Source: Idiomarina sp. PL1-037 (GTDB taxonomy: Bacteria > Pseudomonadota > Gammaproteobacteria > Enterobacterales > Alteromonadaceae). From it: a stretch of DNA of 24,000 bases. The translations under genes and the position numbers were made by a program. The notes below the pieces were generated by a model. That model saw only the letters and a program-made list of their open reading frames with translations. It ran no database searches and was not told the origin of the DNA. Positions 14,541-23,993 of this stretch are shown here, piece by piece (within the stretch, counting starts at the first letter, position 1; every line of letters begins with the position of its first letter). The stretch spans positions 619,810 to 643,809 of the forward strand of contig NZ_CP139873.1 of the NCBI RefSeq assembly GCF_034422975.1, written 5' to 3'.

Positions 14541-15854
14541 CTAACGCAAAGTCAGCTCCAATGCGCGACCGCGCTCACGAATACGGTCTGTTATGATCCC
14601 GTACATATCGTCGGGTAGTGGCGTTCGAAAGCCACTTTCGACCACCTTGAATAGCTTGCCGATGAGCTGTTTTAGTTGTTTTTCCACCAGAGCCTTCGGT
14701 AAGCCTACGTTCACCCCAAGCTGCACGAAGTCGCTTTGGGTATAAAAACCAAACTGCTCGTAAGCGTCACTGAAATAGCCGTCGTCTCCCTCTTCTGTTG
14801 CGAGAACGCCAATCGACGTGAAACAGGCGTGATCAAACATGGGATAGGGCGCTAAACTCAGTACGTCATAGATAGGGGTTAACATATCCATTGTTGAATC
14901 TTTTCCAGAGGGCTTGCGCATTAAGGAAAAATTCTTCAAGTGTAAATCATTGTTCGCAACAAGGTATGAAAAAACGACGTGTAAAAATAGGTTGAGCGTC
15001 ACCGCTTTACTGTTTCCTGCGGCCTCGCTTAGTCTTTTTAAAACGGTTTCATAACTTAATGCGTCGCTGTCCTTATGTTTTGGGTGGACGTCACATAATG
15101 ACGCGCCGTCCTCGACAAAGTATCGCTCACTCTTGCTGAGAATATCGAAACGCTTCGTCACATAAGCCAACTCTCCGTCTTCAAAGGGGACAAGGCCACA
15201 TTCAGCGGTTTTGAGTCCAACCTTATTGGCTAGGCTCATAACGAAAAACTCATTCTCGGGGCAATGCGGTACACCTTCCGGTGCAGGCTTTACAATGTAT
15301 TGTCCGCCGCGAGTCGTTGGCACGAGTTGATTACCTTCCAACTTCATCATCAGTTTGCGCTGCACGCCCGATATGGAATGACCGTTTGCATGATCGACTG
15401 CATAGTCATTGAATGATCGTGACGTGCCAACAATGCTGACGCCTTTGTCTTTCAAAATACTGGGCTTAGGAATTGGTATTTGAACAGAGCGCTGGCCTGG
15501 TAAATCGTCAACCTCACCGGCGACCACAGAAATAGAGCCAATTAGCTCTTCGCCGTTGGCGCACAACAAACCAAACTCATCGCTTTTATCAAGTCGTGCT
15601 TTTTGTGCTTGGTGGGTTCTTAACCATCCCTCTGAGAGCAAATTAGTAAAGAAGGGCGGTAGAGCATCAAACCCATACTGGGTCTTTGTAAGCGGAAGAT
15701 GATGACCAATTGGTGAGCCGTTTTCTAGGTAGTCTGCTGCATACGCAAATGCATATGACTCACGAGCAGATAAGTCGTGCGAAGCACGATATTCGGTGAG
15801 TATGCCCGCCTTCACACCATTGACGAATACGGTTGCGATACGATTAACGTGCAT
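14541..15854 (-). CDS. hipA: HipA-family toxin kinase (full length, about 437 aa)
   Basis: The N-terminus is MHVNRIATVFVNGVKAGIL. LPPFFTNLLSEGWLR, SISGVQRKLMM (Gly-rich loop), ANNDLHLKNFSL (catalytic) and TPIYDVLS are present. I prefer ATG 15854 over the TTG at 15908. It overlaps the upstream gene's stop by 11 nt. Confidence 0.85.
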   Translation of the reverse strand: MHVNRIATVFVNGVKAGILTEYRASHDLSARESYAFAYAADYLENGSPIGHHLPLTKTQYGFDALPPFFTNLLSEGWLRTHQAQKARLDKSDEFGLLCANGEELIGSISVVAGEVDDLPGQRSVQIPIPKPSILKDKGVSIVGTSRSFNDYAVDHANGHSISGVQRKLMMKLEGNQLVPTTRGGQYIVKPAPEGVPHCPENEFFVMSLANKVGLKTAECGLVPFEDGELAYVTKRFDILSKSERYFVEDGASLCDVHPKHKDSDALSYETVLKRLSEAAGNSKAVTLNLFLHVVFSYLVANNDLHLKNFSLMRKPSGKDSTMDMLTPIYDVLSLAPYPMFDHACFTSIGVLATEEGDDGYFSDAYEQFGFYTQSDFVQLGVNVGLPKALVEKQLKQLIGKLFKVVESGFRTPLPDDMYGIITDRIRERGRALELTLR

Positions 15855-16161
15855 CGGTGCGGCCAACATACAGTGTATAGTTACCAAACACAGCGATAAT
15901 GGACTCAATCGTTGAGCACTTCGCTGAGGCTGGCGAAGTAAATGCAGCGTAGAGTGTTGTTTTGCTGATCATCGCTAGGTCGCAAAAAGTGTCGATGGTA
16001 ATATCGTTTTCTTTCACGTATTGAGTCACACGCTCCTTTAGCTCTGCGAGTGGAAAAAGCTCTTTTTCTTCAAGCTCTTTTGCTTCTAGTCGCTCGATTT
16101 CACGCAAAAGCGCATTAACTTGCTGCTTTAACTCTGTGATGTGACTTTTCATGTGCTTCAC
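15844..16161 (-). CDS. Putative antitoxin/regulator of the second HipA (N-terminal coiled coil + C-terminal HTH), 105 aa
   Basis: It is translationally coupled upstream of hipA. LKQQVNALLREIERLEAKELEEKE is heptad-like. FCDLAMISKTTLYAAF...TIESIIAVFG resembles an HTH. It is not a standard short XRE HipB. Confidence 0.6.
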   Translation of the reverse strand: MKHMKSHITELKQQVNALLREIERLEAKELEEKELFPLAELKERVTQYVKENDITIDTFCDLAMISKTTLYAAFTSPASAKCSTIESIIAVFGNYTLYVGRTDAR

Positions 16162-16501
16162 CAGTGATAGTTCTTTTTACTGAACTTTTTAATATCTGAA
16201 TGACAATTTGTTTAATTTAGCATACTTTTATAAAGTTAATCACGCTTTAATGAACTTTTGGTGGAAAATATCTCAATTAAGTTTTCTATAGTGAACTTAT
16301 TATTTTTTCTTCTTTTGCTATCACACTACCGTTTGACCTAAACTTGTGATCAAAATAAATAACAACTTCAAACCTTGGCGGATCAACTACAGTCTTTGGT
16401 CACCAGTGACTGAGATGGGGATGTGACTCTCCCAAATTCCGACAAGCTCAAATTTACATCCGGTGCCGCTAGGTGTTGTAATTTATTAATTTTTTAGTTT
16501 A

Positions 16502-16531
16502 CACTAGGTTAATATCTTTATTAACCTAGTG
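16502..16531. promoter_or_regulatory. Perfect 13-bp inverted repeat (CACTAGGTTAATA-tctt-TATTAACCTAGTG), probable AbiEi operator
   Basis: It ends 8 nt upstream of the abiEi ATG. AbiEi antitoxins are known to autoregulate through inverted repeats in their promoter. Confidence 0.55.
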
Positions 16532-16539
16532 ATTACCAT

Positions 16540-17103
16540 ATGGGCGCGCATGAGCTTAGATTAAAGTTACATGAACTGCAAAAGTATACACGCCATGCGC
16601 TTTTATCAATGGCGCAATTCAGTATGATCATGCCGGAATACTCGAGCAGTGCATTGAAAGTACGCCTGAATTACCTTGTTAAAAGAGGCGTACTTCAAAA
16701 AGTTTGCCGCGGAGTCTGGGCATTCCCTGAAAGTCATTATTACCAATCAACCAGCATTTTACATTTACCGTACTTAGTACGTCCGTCGAGTATTAACTAT
16801 CTGAGTTTAGAGTCGGTGCTTAGCAAGTACAGTGTCATTAGTCAGCAGATGTTTGACTATATTACTGTAATGACAACAGGCAGGAGTGGCATTTTCAAGA
16901 CGTCATTTGGAACTCTTGAGCTTACCCATACGAAGCGAGATCCTATGGCAATACTAACCGAAACACATCCACTTGGTGATTACCCATTGAGAGAAGCAAT
17001 GGTAAAACGGGCTTACTCGGACTTGAAAAACGTGGGACGTAATGTTGAATTGGTTGATTTAGAAGCGCTACACGAGGCTCTTAATGAGCAAAGCTCTCTT
17101 TAG
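16540..17103 (+). CDS. abiEi: AbiEi-family antitoxin (type IV TA / abortive infection), 187 aa
   Basis: The N-terminal winged-helix block is SALKVRLNYLVKRGVLQKVCRGVWAF. It sits immediately upstream of, and overlaps, a DUF1814 nucleotidyltransferase gene. Confidence 0.7.
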   Translation: MGAHELRLKLHELQKYTRHALLSMAQFSMIMPEYSSSALKVRLNYLVKRGVLQKVCRGVWAFPESHYYQSTSILHLPYLVRPSSINYLSLESVLSKYSVISQQMFDYITVMTTGRSGIFKTSFGTLELTHTKRDPMAILTETHPLGDYPLREAMVKRAYSDLKNVGRNVELVDLEALHEALNEQSSL

Positions 17104-18010
17104 GATGGCAAATATGAACATTAAAGCACTCGCACAGATGATCTGCGCTGATTCGACCGAATTAGCCGGTCTTCAAACAACAGTTGAAAAAGAACTTCTC
17201 CATTACGAAGTACTGGCATCAATGGCAAAATCCGGCTTTCTAAAGCAACTTATCTTTCAGGGCGGAACATGTTTGCGCATGATGTATGGATCCAACCGTT
17301 TATCTGAGGACTTAGACTTTGTTGGCGGAACGAACTTTGACTTTGAGCAGTTATCTCACCTTCGTGATTGCTTGAAGGATGATCTCTCTGGACGTCACAA
17401 CTTGAAAGTGAATGTCTCAGAGCCTAATTACGATAAATTGACCGACCAAAACAGGATCCGAGTAAGACGCTGGAAAATCTCTATCGAGACCGAGCCGGAG
17501 AAAAAAAGCCTGCCGTGGCAAAAAGTAAAATTAGAAGTAGCAACCGTCCCTGCTCATACGAAAATCCTGCGCCCTCTGGTAAAAACGTATCCGAGTGTGC
17601 CAGACGGTTACACCAGTATTTTCATTAACTGTGAATCACTCGAAGAAATTGCTGCAGATAAGTTCGTTGCGCTAGCATTGCGGCGCACGATAAAAGCCCG
17701 CGATGTTTGGGATATTGGATGGTTGAATCAGAGAAAAATAAAAGTCGATGCTGAGTTAGTGTGTAAAAAGTTCAAAGATTACCAGGAAACGGGCGGCTTC
17801 AAAGCACTTGCTGAACGATTAACCCAATTGCCCTCGTATATCGGAAGCGGTGACTTTGAGCGAGAAATGCGGCGCTTCTTACATTCATCAACGATTGAGG
17901 GTAGCATCGAGCAAGATGGTTTTATGGATTATCTTATCGATACAGTGGCTAGTGCAGGCCAGAAATTGTTAAACGAGCAACGTGACGGACCGGCTAAATT
18001 TAGCATGTAG
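17084..18010 (+). CDS. abiEii: AbiEii/AbiGii-family nucleotidyltransferase toxin (DUF1814)
   Basis: LIFQGGTCLRMMYGSNRLSEDLDFV is the hallmark GGTxL..R.S.DLDF nucleotidyltransferase motif of the family. ADKFVAL is also present. Alternative in-frame starts are at 17105 and 17114. Confidence 0.8.
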   Translation: MSKALFRMANMNIKALAQMICADSTELAGLQTTVEKELLHYEVLASMAKSGFLKQLIFQGGTCLRMMYGSNRLSEDLDFVGGTNFDFEQLSHLRDCLKDDLSGRHNLKVNVSEPNYDKLTDQNRIRVRRWKISIETEPEKKSLPWQKVKLEVATVPAHTKILRPLVKTYPSVPDGYTSIFINCESLEEIAADKFVALALRRTIKARDVWDIGWLNQRKIKVDAELVCKKFKDYQETGGFKALAERLTQLPSYIGSGDFEREMRRFLHSSTIEGSIEQDGFMDYLIDTVASAGQKLLNEQRDGPAKFSM

Positions 18011-18299
18011 GCATCTATTTAGCGATTTCACCGTAAACGTCCGCTCGGTTGGGGTAGTGAGGGGTCACAATAGACTATCGACTGGGCTGACGCAAAGCCG
18101 AGGTCTACGATAAGTTACCATAAAAGTAATAATTTGTAGACCTATGGGTAAGCGCAGGCTATTTGTATTCTAGGGTTAGAAACTGCTTGAGCTGGGCTTA
18201 GATTCATAGTCTGTCAAAAATTATTTTTGGTTGGATTTGTCTATTTTCTCTACCTCACCACAAAGAAATGTTGGTTATATTCTCTGACGGCAAGAGATT

Positions 18300-18590
18300 T
18301 CAACAAATACGGTTCGGCGGCCGTTGTTGAGTAGCGTGAAGGACTCGAAGCACGCGGACTGGCACCCTGATCACGTCACAGACTAAAACATAATTTTGAT
18401 GAGCAACCAGCTCGCGAGTATCTGCCACGCGCCCAAGACGTCCTAGATTAGGATGTTCGGCTAATTGCGATGCCTTTTCTGAAAGCAGCTCATCTAGAGC
18501 TAAGGTCGCTGTGGGATTATCGGCTTCTATGTAATCATAAATGTCTTCGCGGTCTTGTATCGCCTCTGGCGTCCAAAGCAGCTCCATCAT
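18300..18590 (-). CDS. parE: RelE/ParE-family toxin, 96 aa
   Basis: LLWTPEAIQDREDIYDYIEADNPTATLALDELLSEKASQLAEHPNLGR.GRV.DTRELV...YVLVC is the ParE-type pattern. An ATGA start/stop overlap couples it to the upstream antitoxin gene. Confidence 0.8.
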   Translation of the reverse strand: MMELLWTPEAIQDREDIYDYIEADNPTATLALDELLSEKASQLAEHPNLGRLGRVADTRELVAHQNYVLVCDVIRVPVRVLRVLHATQQRPPNRIC

Positions 18591-18874
18591 TCAGAGTTTT
18601 TGAGCCGACGCCGCGTTGAAGCCCGACGAGCCGCAAATTCAGCTTCTACCTCAGCGGCAGGCACCAACTTACCAGCATTGGCCGAAGTCAGGCCAATCTG
18701 CACTTGTCGTCGGAACCAATCATCATGCTCTGCAGTTTCTTCCTGATGCTGTACGAATTCGCGCATGAAGTCTCGAAGAAGCTGCGCCCCGCTGCGGTCG
18801 CGAGACTTGGCGGCTTGAGCAAACTGGCTCTTCAAAGTCTCATCGACCCGAAATGTAAAAGTTGCTTCATTCAT
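18587..18874 (-). CDS. Ribbon-helix-helix antitoxin (ParD/CopG-like), 95 aa
   Basis: The N-terminus TFTFRVDETLKSQFAQAAKSRDRSGAQLLRDFMREFV fits an RHH fold. It is translationally coupled to the ParE-like gene. The pair is visibly more GC-rich than its neighbours. Confidence 0.7.
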   Translation of the reverse strand: MNEATFTFRVDETLKSQFAQAAKSRDRSGAQLLRDFMREFVQHQEETAEHDDWFRRQVQIGLTSANAGKLVPAAEVEAEFAARRASTRRRLKNSE

Positions 18875-19086
18875 GGCTGCACCCTCATGTATTACAAAAT
18901 AAGTACAATGTAGGACTTTGGCTGTTTATTGTCTATTGCTCTATCTTCCAACCTCAGAATGCAAATAGCCAAAGAAAATTCAGAGGCTTATCAACTGCAA
19001 CTTCGTCGACTGGAAGAGTTATTGGCAAGCTGATTTATCGCTCTGGCGAAAAGTTTTGTCTGCCATCTCCCGAACACGTGTCACTC

Positions 19087-19686
19087 TCATATAGGCTGCG
19101 TATCGCCACTCACGTTCCGTTGATGCTCTATAATGGCGTCTATCATTGATACCGCGCCTTTACTTAAGACGTACTTTGTCGAACTCACCTGAAAGATAAA
19201 CCCACACCGTTTTAGCATGCTGATAACGTTAGACTTATCCTTGAACTTTAACGCTCGTAATACTTGTTGCAGCTCTTCGTCACTATCCAGCATATCAATG
19301 TCAGCTACCGTTAACCCCTGAGCCGGCTCGCCGAGCAAGTGGAGAGGCTGCCCACGTTGTGTTGCTATACGCGCAAACAATGTTAATACCGCCATAACTT
19401 TTAAGGCGGCCTCATTAAATTCATCGTCTTCTTCGTCTTTAATTTTTGATTTAATGTGGAAAAATTCACCTTCACCATCATGCGCGAGGACATATCCCAA
19501 CTGCCAATACAGCGCTTCATAGTGACTATGATTGGTGACCAACTCTTGATACATGGAAGATTCTTTAAAGTCGGCAACGGACTGCACGTATTCGTGTTTG
19601 TTAATGATCCCGCCTTCAGCAAACATTTGATAAATGGCGCGTGAAAGATTAGGTGATGTTTGTGAGAACGTATTATTGATTTCCAT
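19087..19686 (-). CDS. Component C of the SMC-like operon: 199-aa acidic protein, possible MukE/MksE/JetB-like (KITE) subunit
   Basis: I prefer ATG 19686, preceded by AGAGGG, over ATG 19776. It overlaps the stop of component B by 14 nt. Its size, central acidic patch (KDEEDDEFNE) and two-lobed helical pattern are compatible with MksE-like proteins. This is resemblance only; I found no diagnostic motif. Confidence 0.6.
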   Translation of the reverse strand: MEINNTFSQTSPNLSRAIYQMFAEGGIINKHEYVQSVADFKESSMYQELVTNHSHYEALYWQLGYVLAHDGEGEFFHIKSKIKDEEDDEFNEAALKVMAVLTLFARIATQRGQPLHLLGEPAQGLTVADIDMLDSDEELQQVLRALKFKDKSNVISMLKRCGFIFQVSSTKYVLSKGAVSMIDAIIEHQRNVSGDTQPI

Positions 19687-21112
19687 CAGAACCCTCTGAA
19701 TGTTGTCGGGTGGCGGTAATATGACGAACGCAGTAACCCATTTCAGTAACAACCCCGGTATCAGGATCTTCTTCACGGATCTGCTTGAATGCCGGTAGTG
19801 CTTTAATCGTATACTGTTTGGAGGTCACCAGTGTGCTGCTTATCTCCAGCAAATCAGGTACTTTGAATCCTTCAAACGTGTTTTTGAGCTGTTCATAAGC
19901 ATGCGCGATAAAATCAACATTCTCCGGCCATGAATGCGATGTGACCCAGCGATTCAGACGAATTGAGTGCCGGATGGCAACAGCGCTGTCTTTTTGAATA
20001 ACGTCCTCAAACACCAATTTATCGTCGATACTATGGGCGCTTTGTAGGGTCCGGCGTGCCAGCTCATCAAACACGTTACTTAAAAAGGCCGGTTTCTTAT
20101 CAATCTGTATAGGGGCAGGGCGTTTGATTTTGCCCAGTGTTCGCTCCGGCGCTAAATCCTGCAGATCCGACAACTTGATATTTTTGAGCCGGCGATCGGC
20201 ACTTAATGTCTTATTATAAGCTTGCTTGATGATGACATAAGCCGACTCAATGGCGTTGTGCTCTGCAATCGCCTCTTTGGTCTTTCTCAGATAAATACTG
20301 ATATTGTCGGCGACCGCTTTTATTGGCTCGAATAAATCCAGGTATTGCAGATAGTAGTTCGTCATAAGCGCCTGGTACTCCAGATCGCCATTGCGGACAA
20401 AGACATTTTTTAACGCATCAATGGTCAGCAAAATACCATCACCTTTCTCGTAGCGCGTGTCTTTATCCAAAAATGAACTGAGCGGCTGCACTTCGCGACG
20501 ATAGAGTTTCGAGGCGTGCTCGAATTTAAACTTCATAGCATCAGGTAGCTCGCGCTCAGCCTCCTCTGCGATATCCTCCTGGAATTGTTCGCCAATCTGC
20601 TCCAGCTTCGTAATGTTGGCTTTTATTCGCCCGAGTAACCCCGTGATGTGGGCATTCAATGTGTCGGTCCATTCGTCGTATTCTTCAGTTCCCGGGGTAA
20701 GTGAAAGCCGCTTCTCATTGATATCTGACAGTATGGACCATATTGGCGTCATGGCTGACAGTAGTGAGGTTTTGTTCAACGGGCGATATAGGCTGATTTT
20801 GCACAGGCGAAATAAATCAATGATAACCGAGTTAAACCATAACTTTGTCACGCCGTCGGTGGCGCGTCGATCATCAAGCACCTTGGCAGACAATAAATTT
20901 TTATGGTCAAAAACGATGGTTACCTCTTTTTTCTTCTCTGCTGACAAGCCTTTTTTATATTCAGCTACCAGATAAAAGAATTCCGCCTCAATCACGGCAT
21001 TGCCCTGACGCTTATCAGACGTTTCAATAGCACGAAACATAAGCTCACGATGATTGAGCATTTTCAATATGGTTTCGATTGTACTGAAGCGTTTTTGTAT
21101 TAAGTCCGCCAT
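19673..21112 (-). CDS. Component B of the SMC-like operon: 479-aa helical protein, possible kleisin-like/middle component
   Basis: ATG 21112 lies 4 nt after the stop of component A, with GAGGTG 10 nt upstream. I recognised no catalytic motif. Its size is comparable to MukF/MksF/JetA. Confidence 0.6.
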   Translation of the reverse strand: MADLIQKRFSTIETILKMLNHRELMFRAIETSDKRQGNAVIEAEFFYLVAEYKKGLSAEKKKEVTIVFDHKNLLSAKVLDDRRATDGVTKLWFNSVIIDLFRLCKISLYRPLNKTSLLSAMTPIWSILSDINEKRLSLTPGTEEYDEWTDTLNAHITGLLGRIKANITKLEQIGEQFQEDIAEEAERELPDAMKFKFEHASKLYRREVQPLSSFLDKDTRYEKGDGILLTIDALKNVFVRNGDLEYQALMTNYYLQYLDLFEPIKAVADNISIYLRKTKEAIAEHNAIESAYVIIKQAYNKTLSADRRLKNIKLSDLQDLAPERTLGKIKRPAPIQIDKKPAFLSNVFDELARRTLQSAHSIDDKLVFEDVIQKDSAVAIRHSIRLNRWVTSHSWPENVDFIAHAYEQLKNTFEGFKVPDLLEISSTLVTSKQYTIKALPAFKQIREEDPDTGVVTEMGYCVRHITATRQHSEGSDGNQ

Positions 21113-21116
21113 AACT

Positions 21117-23993
21117 TCACACCTCAAGCGATGATTGAGAAGGTGGTGTATCCGGATGCTCGACGTTCAAATATTCTCGAAACCTCGGAATAGCGGTATT
21201 ACGCCGCTCTTTGCTGTATGGGTGTGTGGTTAGATTGTCGCGGGTGAACACCTGATAGCTGCCAATGGCTTCGAATACGGCACCGCTTTTCCCATCCACG
21301 GTCACGCCGATAAGGTAATGGCCTTTGTTGTTCAATGTGGCGATGAGCTCAGGGATCTGCGTTGTATCAATACTGCCAATTTCATCCACGATCAGCGGGA
21401 AGGCAATATGCGCAGATTGACTGGCCAGCTTATCAAGGAAGATGTCGCAAAAGTGGGTATTAATGAGCATGTGAGTCGATGTTGATTGTTTTTTGCTATC
21501 CCACGAGGCGCCAGCTTTGCGCGTTTCATATCGGGTGCCTTGAATGAGGTGATTAAGCCGCAATTTGCCATCATCGTCACTGACGGCCTTACTATCAACG
21601 AATTTTTGGAGCATGTTATACCACTCAAACGGTAACGTATTTTCGGTATTGAGCGAGTCGAAATTACGCCAACTGTCAACCAGGCTATTAAAAAGGGGCT
21701 CTAATTCAACAACAAGCCGGGCCTCTTCAATGTCGTTCATTGAGGCGCCTTCAATATCCCGGTTTATCTGGGAAACGGTGGTTTCGATCTTGTCTTTGGT
21801 TTTACTGAGCCGTTCCAGGCGGTTTCTAATATGCTCATTATGACGACGAGTATCTTGTGCCAGTACATCGCTGTTGTGTGATAGCAGCTCAAACTTTTGG
21901 GCCAGCATATTGAATGTATTAACGACGGCATCATCGCCATTGTCACGCTCAAGCAGTTGGTAGTCGTCACTTATCAGGCCGTCTTTGATCAGCTCGATAA
22001 GTTTCTGCTTGATTTCGTATTTGGCCTTTTCAGCGTCTTGCAGTGCATTTAATGTTCGTTGAAAGCTCTCCCCATCACCGACTTCGTCGCCGGTGGGGGC
22101 TTCTTCTTCACCTGCTAACACCGCGTCAAGACGTGTTTGCGCTGCTGGAAAGCGACAAATCGCGTTATGATACTGAGATAGCATCATGCTCAACGTTTTG
22201 GCCTTATCTTGCGTTGTGGATAATTTACTGCGTGCCTGGGTCAATTCACTATTATCTCGCTCGTAAGCCGTCTCTAGTTCCTGGTGTAATTCAGCATACT
22301 CATCCCGGTCTTTGATCCCTTGTTCATAATCAGCGGTTGCTGAATTGATTCTCTGGCAAGTCGCTGTATAACCCTCGATTTTTTCAATATCAGATTCGGC
22401 GCTTTTGATTTCTCGGGTTAGCACTTCAACCTTGTGCGAGCTATTGACTGCGTTGGTGTTGAGCTCTTTTAATTCCTTGAGCTCCTCTTTTAAATCGAAC
22501 AGTTCACTTTCAATATTCGTGATATCTTTTTCTGTGATGGGCTGATAGGGCTCACTGAGCAGCGGAATTGATTCATCAAAAAAATCAAGTGATCCGCCGC
22601 GCTCTATTAAAAGCTCGCAAAATTGATTAATTCGCGACAATTCATCGGTGGTTAAATCGCGCCCAGGATTCGCTTTTGCAAGATTGCTATTGACTGAATA
22701 CAGCTTGTTGTAAAGCGGCTCCGGTAGCTGGGCATGCAGGCTTTTCGATTTGTCCCGGATTTTAGCCTCTACTTTTTTTAGTTCTTGCTCCTTGTCTTTA
22801 ATGAGCTGCTCAATCTCTGTAATGCGTCGCTCCCGGGTGTTTTGCTCTGTCCGGTTCTTGTAGTCGCTTTGTTTTTCCTGCAGGTAATCTTTGAGTGATT
22901 CCAGGACGAACGATATACCCTCATCGGGATACGATGCGATGATCTGATCGCATTGGTTTTTTATCACCGTTTTTTGTTCAATCTCTTTATTTAATCGACT
23001 GACTTGTTTCTGGCTAACCTGCATATCAGTTAAGGCATTTTGCTTCTGTTGGCTCAGCGTTTTGCATTTTTGACTCAAGGTTTCAACGCGACGACCAATG
23101 GCGTCAGCTTGTTCCTCAAGCGATTGACAATGTGCTTTCGTATTTTGGTACAGACTTATAAATTGTGAGGTTGCGGCGTTTTTTTGCTGAAGTCGCGAAA
23201 ACTGCTCCTGAAGCTCAGTGAATTGAGGCTCAAGTGCACGTAATTGTGCTAACTGATCTTTGCGCTGGGTCAGCTCATGCTTTTTGCCGATAATTTCGTT
23301 GATATCGATTTCCAGTGTTTCATCAAATGCGTCCTGTGCCTCAACAGCAGTGGCTGTCATTAGCCTAAGAGAGCCCGCATCTTGATTAAACAGCATTTTG
23401 ACCAGCGCCCTGACGGAGTCGACTGAATTCGCACGGATATTATTGAGTGGGAAGATAGCAAACGGTGTGCTTGCCGGGTCCATGGCATTGAATGTATAGA
23501 GCGCTTCTATCAGCTGGTCGCGCTGTGAATACTGCTTAGCATTTTTATTCACTTCACGCAGTCGAGGGACTAGGTCCGAGCCGACCGGACTCGTCGGTCG
23601 GGTACCGTTGCCGTCGTCTTTTTGCCAGAACAGATGCTCAATAGCTTCGTAAGGCTCCGGGATAAAGACACGCTGTATTTTGTAATCCCCGCCTCTGGAG
23701 ATGATTTGGCAGTGACTCTGCGTCCCACCACCAAGAAGTTGATGCTCCACCTCAAGAATGAGGCGCGAATGCACGGTCGGGAAGTAGTAATTATAGAGTT
23801 CGTCCTTGTCGTAGTAACTCTCTTTGTCGTCGCTGTCTGCACCAGAGCGAAAGGCAAACTTATCTTTTGCCTGGTTTACGTTGGTATCCGGTAACAAGAA
23901 AAAGCGTACCGCATTGACCAGACTTGATTTACCGACATTACCAAGCCCCATCAGCAAGATATTGTCATTTAATAACGCTTCAGCATACGCCAT
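21117..23993 (-). CDS. Component A: SMC/Rad50-like coiled-coil ABC ATPase, 958 aa
   Basis: Walker A is LMGLGNVGKSS (residues 14-24). A long E/K/Q/L-rich heptad region spans about residues 230-700, with a non-coiled break around 440-500. Walker B is FPLIVDE (D870/E871, nt 21381-21386), followed by the D-loop IGSID. A possible degenerate signature, KKQSTST, lies about 30 aa upstream of Walker B. The start is 7 nt from the window edge, so upstream operon members cannot be seen. Confidence 0.8.
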   Translation of the reverse strand: MAYAEALLNDNILLMGLGNVGKSSLVNAVRFFLLPDTNVNQAKDKFAFRSGADSDDKESYYDKDELYNYYFPTVHSRLILEVEHQLLGGGTQSHCQIISRGGDYKIQRVFIPEPYEAIEHLFWQKDDGNGTRPTSPVGSDLVPRLREVNKNAKQYSQRDQLIEALYTFNAMDPASTPFAIFPLNNIRANSVDSVRALVKMLFNQDAGSLRLMTATAVEAQDAFDETLEIDINEIIGKKHELTQRKDQLAQLRALEPQFTELQEQFSRLQQKNAATSQFISLYQNTKAHCQSLEEQADAIGRRVETLSQKCKTLSQQKQNALTDMQVSQKQVSRLNKEIEQKTVIKNQCDQIIASYPDEGISFVLESLKDYLQEKQSDYKNRTEQNTRERRITEIEQLIKDKEQELKKVEAKIRDKSKSLHAQLPEPLYNKLYSVNSNLAKANPGRDLTTDELSRINQFCELLIERGGSLDFFDESIPLLSEPYQPITEKDITNIESELFDLKEELKELKELNTNAVNSSHKVEVLTREIKSAESDIEKIEGYTATCQRINSATADYEQGIKDRDEYAELHQELETAYERDNSELTQARSKLSTTQDKAKTLSMMLSQYHNAICRFPAAQTRLDAVLAGEEEAPTGDEVGDGESFQRTLNALQDAEKAKYEIKQKLIELIKDGLISDDYQLLERDNGDDAVVNTFNMLAQKFELLSHNSDVLAQDTRRHNEHIRNRLERLSKTKDKIETTVSQINRDIEGASMNDIEEARLVVELEPLFNSLVDSWRNFDSLNTENTLPFEWYNMLQKFVDSKAVSDDDGKLRLNHLIQGTRYETRKAGASWDSKKQSTSTHMLINTHFCDIFLDKLASQSAHIAFPLIVDEIGSIDTTQIPELIATLNNKGHYLIGVTVDGKSGAVFEAIGSYQVFTRDNLTTHPYSKERRNTAIPRFREYLNVEHPDTPPSQSSLEV

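Noticed and set aside
15855-15908. TTG start at 15908 for the second hipA (an 18 extra residues, MSPLSLCLVTIHCMLAAP).
   Set aside because: The extension lies entirely inside the upstream antitoxin gene. ATG 15854 gives the typical HipA N-terminus and an 11-nt coupling overlap.
10384-19000. Integron cassette array (TA cassettes separated by attC sites), as in Vibrio superintegrons.
   Set aside because: No intI gene is in the window. Genes are in mixed orientations. The intergenic repeats I found do not show the R''(RYYYAAC)...R'(GTTRRRY) architecture recurring at each gene boundary.
18555-19149. ORFs 18555-18746, 18704-18913 and 18862-19149 around the ParDE pair.
   Set aside because: The first two are antisense to the clearly recognisable RHH antitoxin and ParE genes. 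The third spans the parD promoter region and the 3' end of component C, with no RBS and a low-complexity product.
19401-23894. Embedded and antisense ORFs within the SMC-like operon (19401-19622, 19456-19644, 20613-20975, 20845-21030, 21392-21679, 21565-21843, 21764-21970, 22043-22315, 23570-23857, 23622-23894), and ATG 19776 as the start of component C.
   Set aside because: All are nested in long ORFs with coherent motifs. The 30-codon extension from ATG 19776 would overlap component B by about 100 nt, whereas ATG 19686 has an AGAGGG SD and a short coupling overlap.
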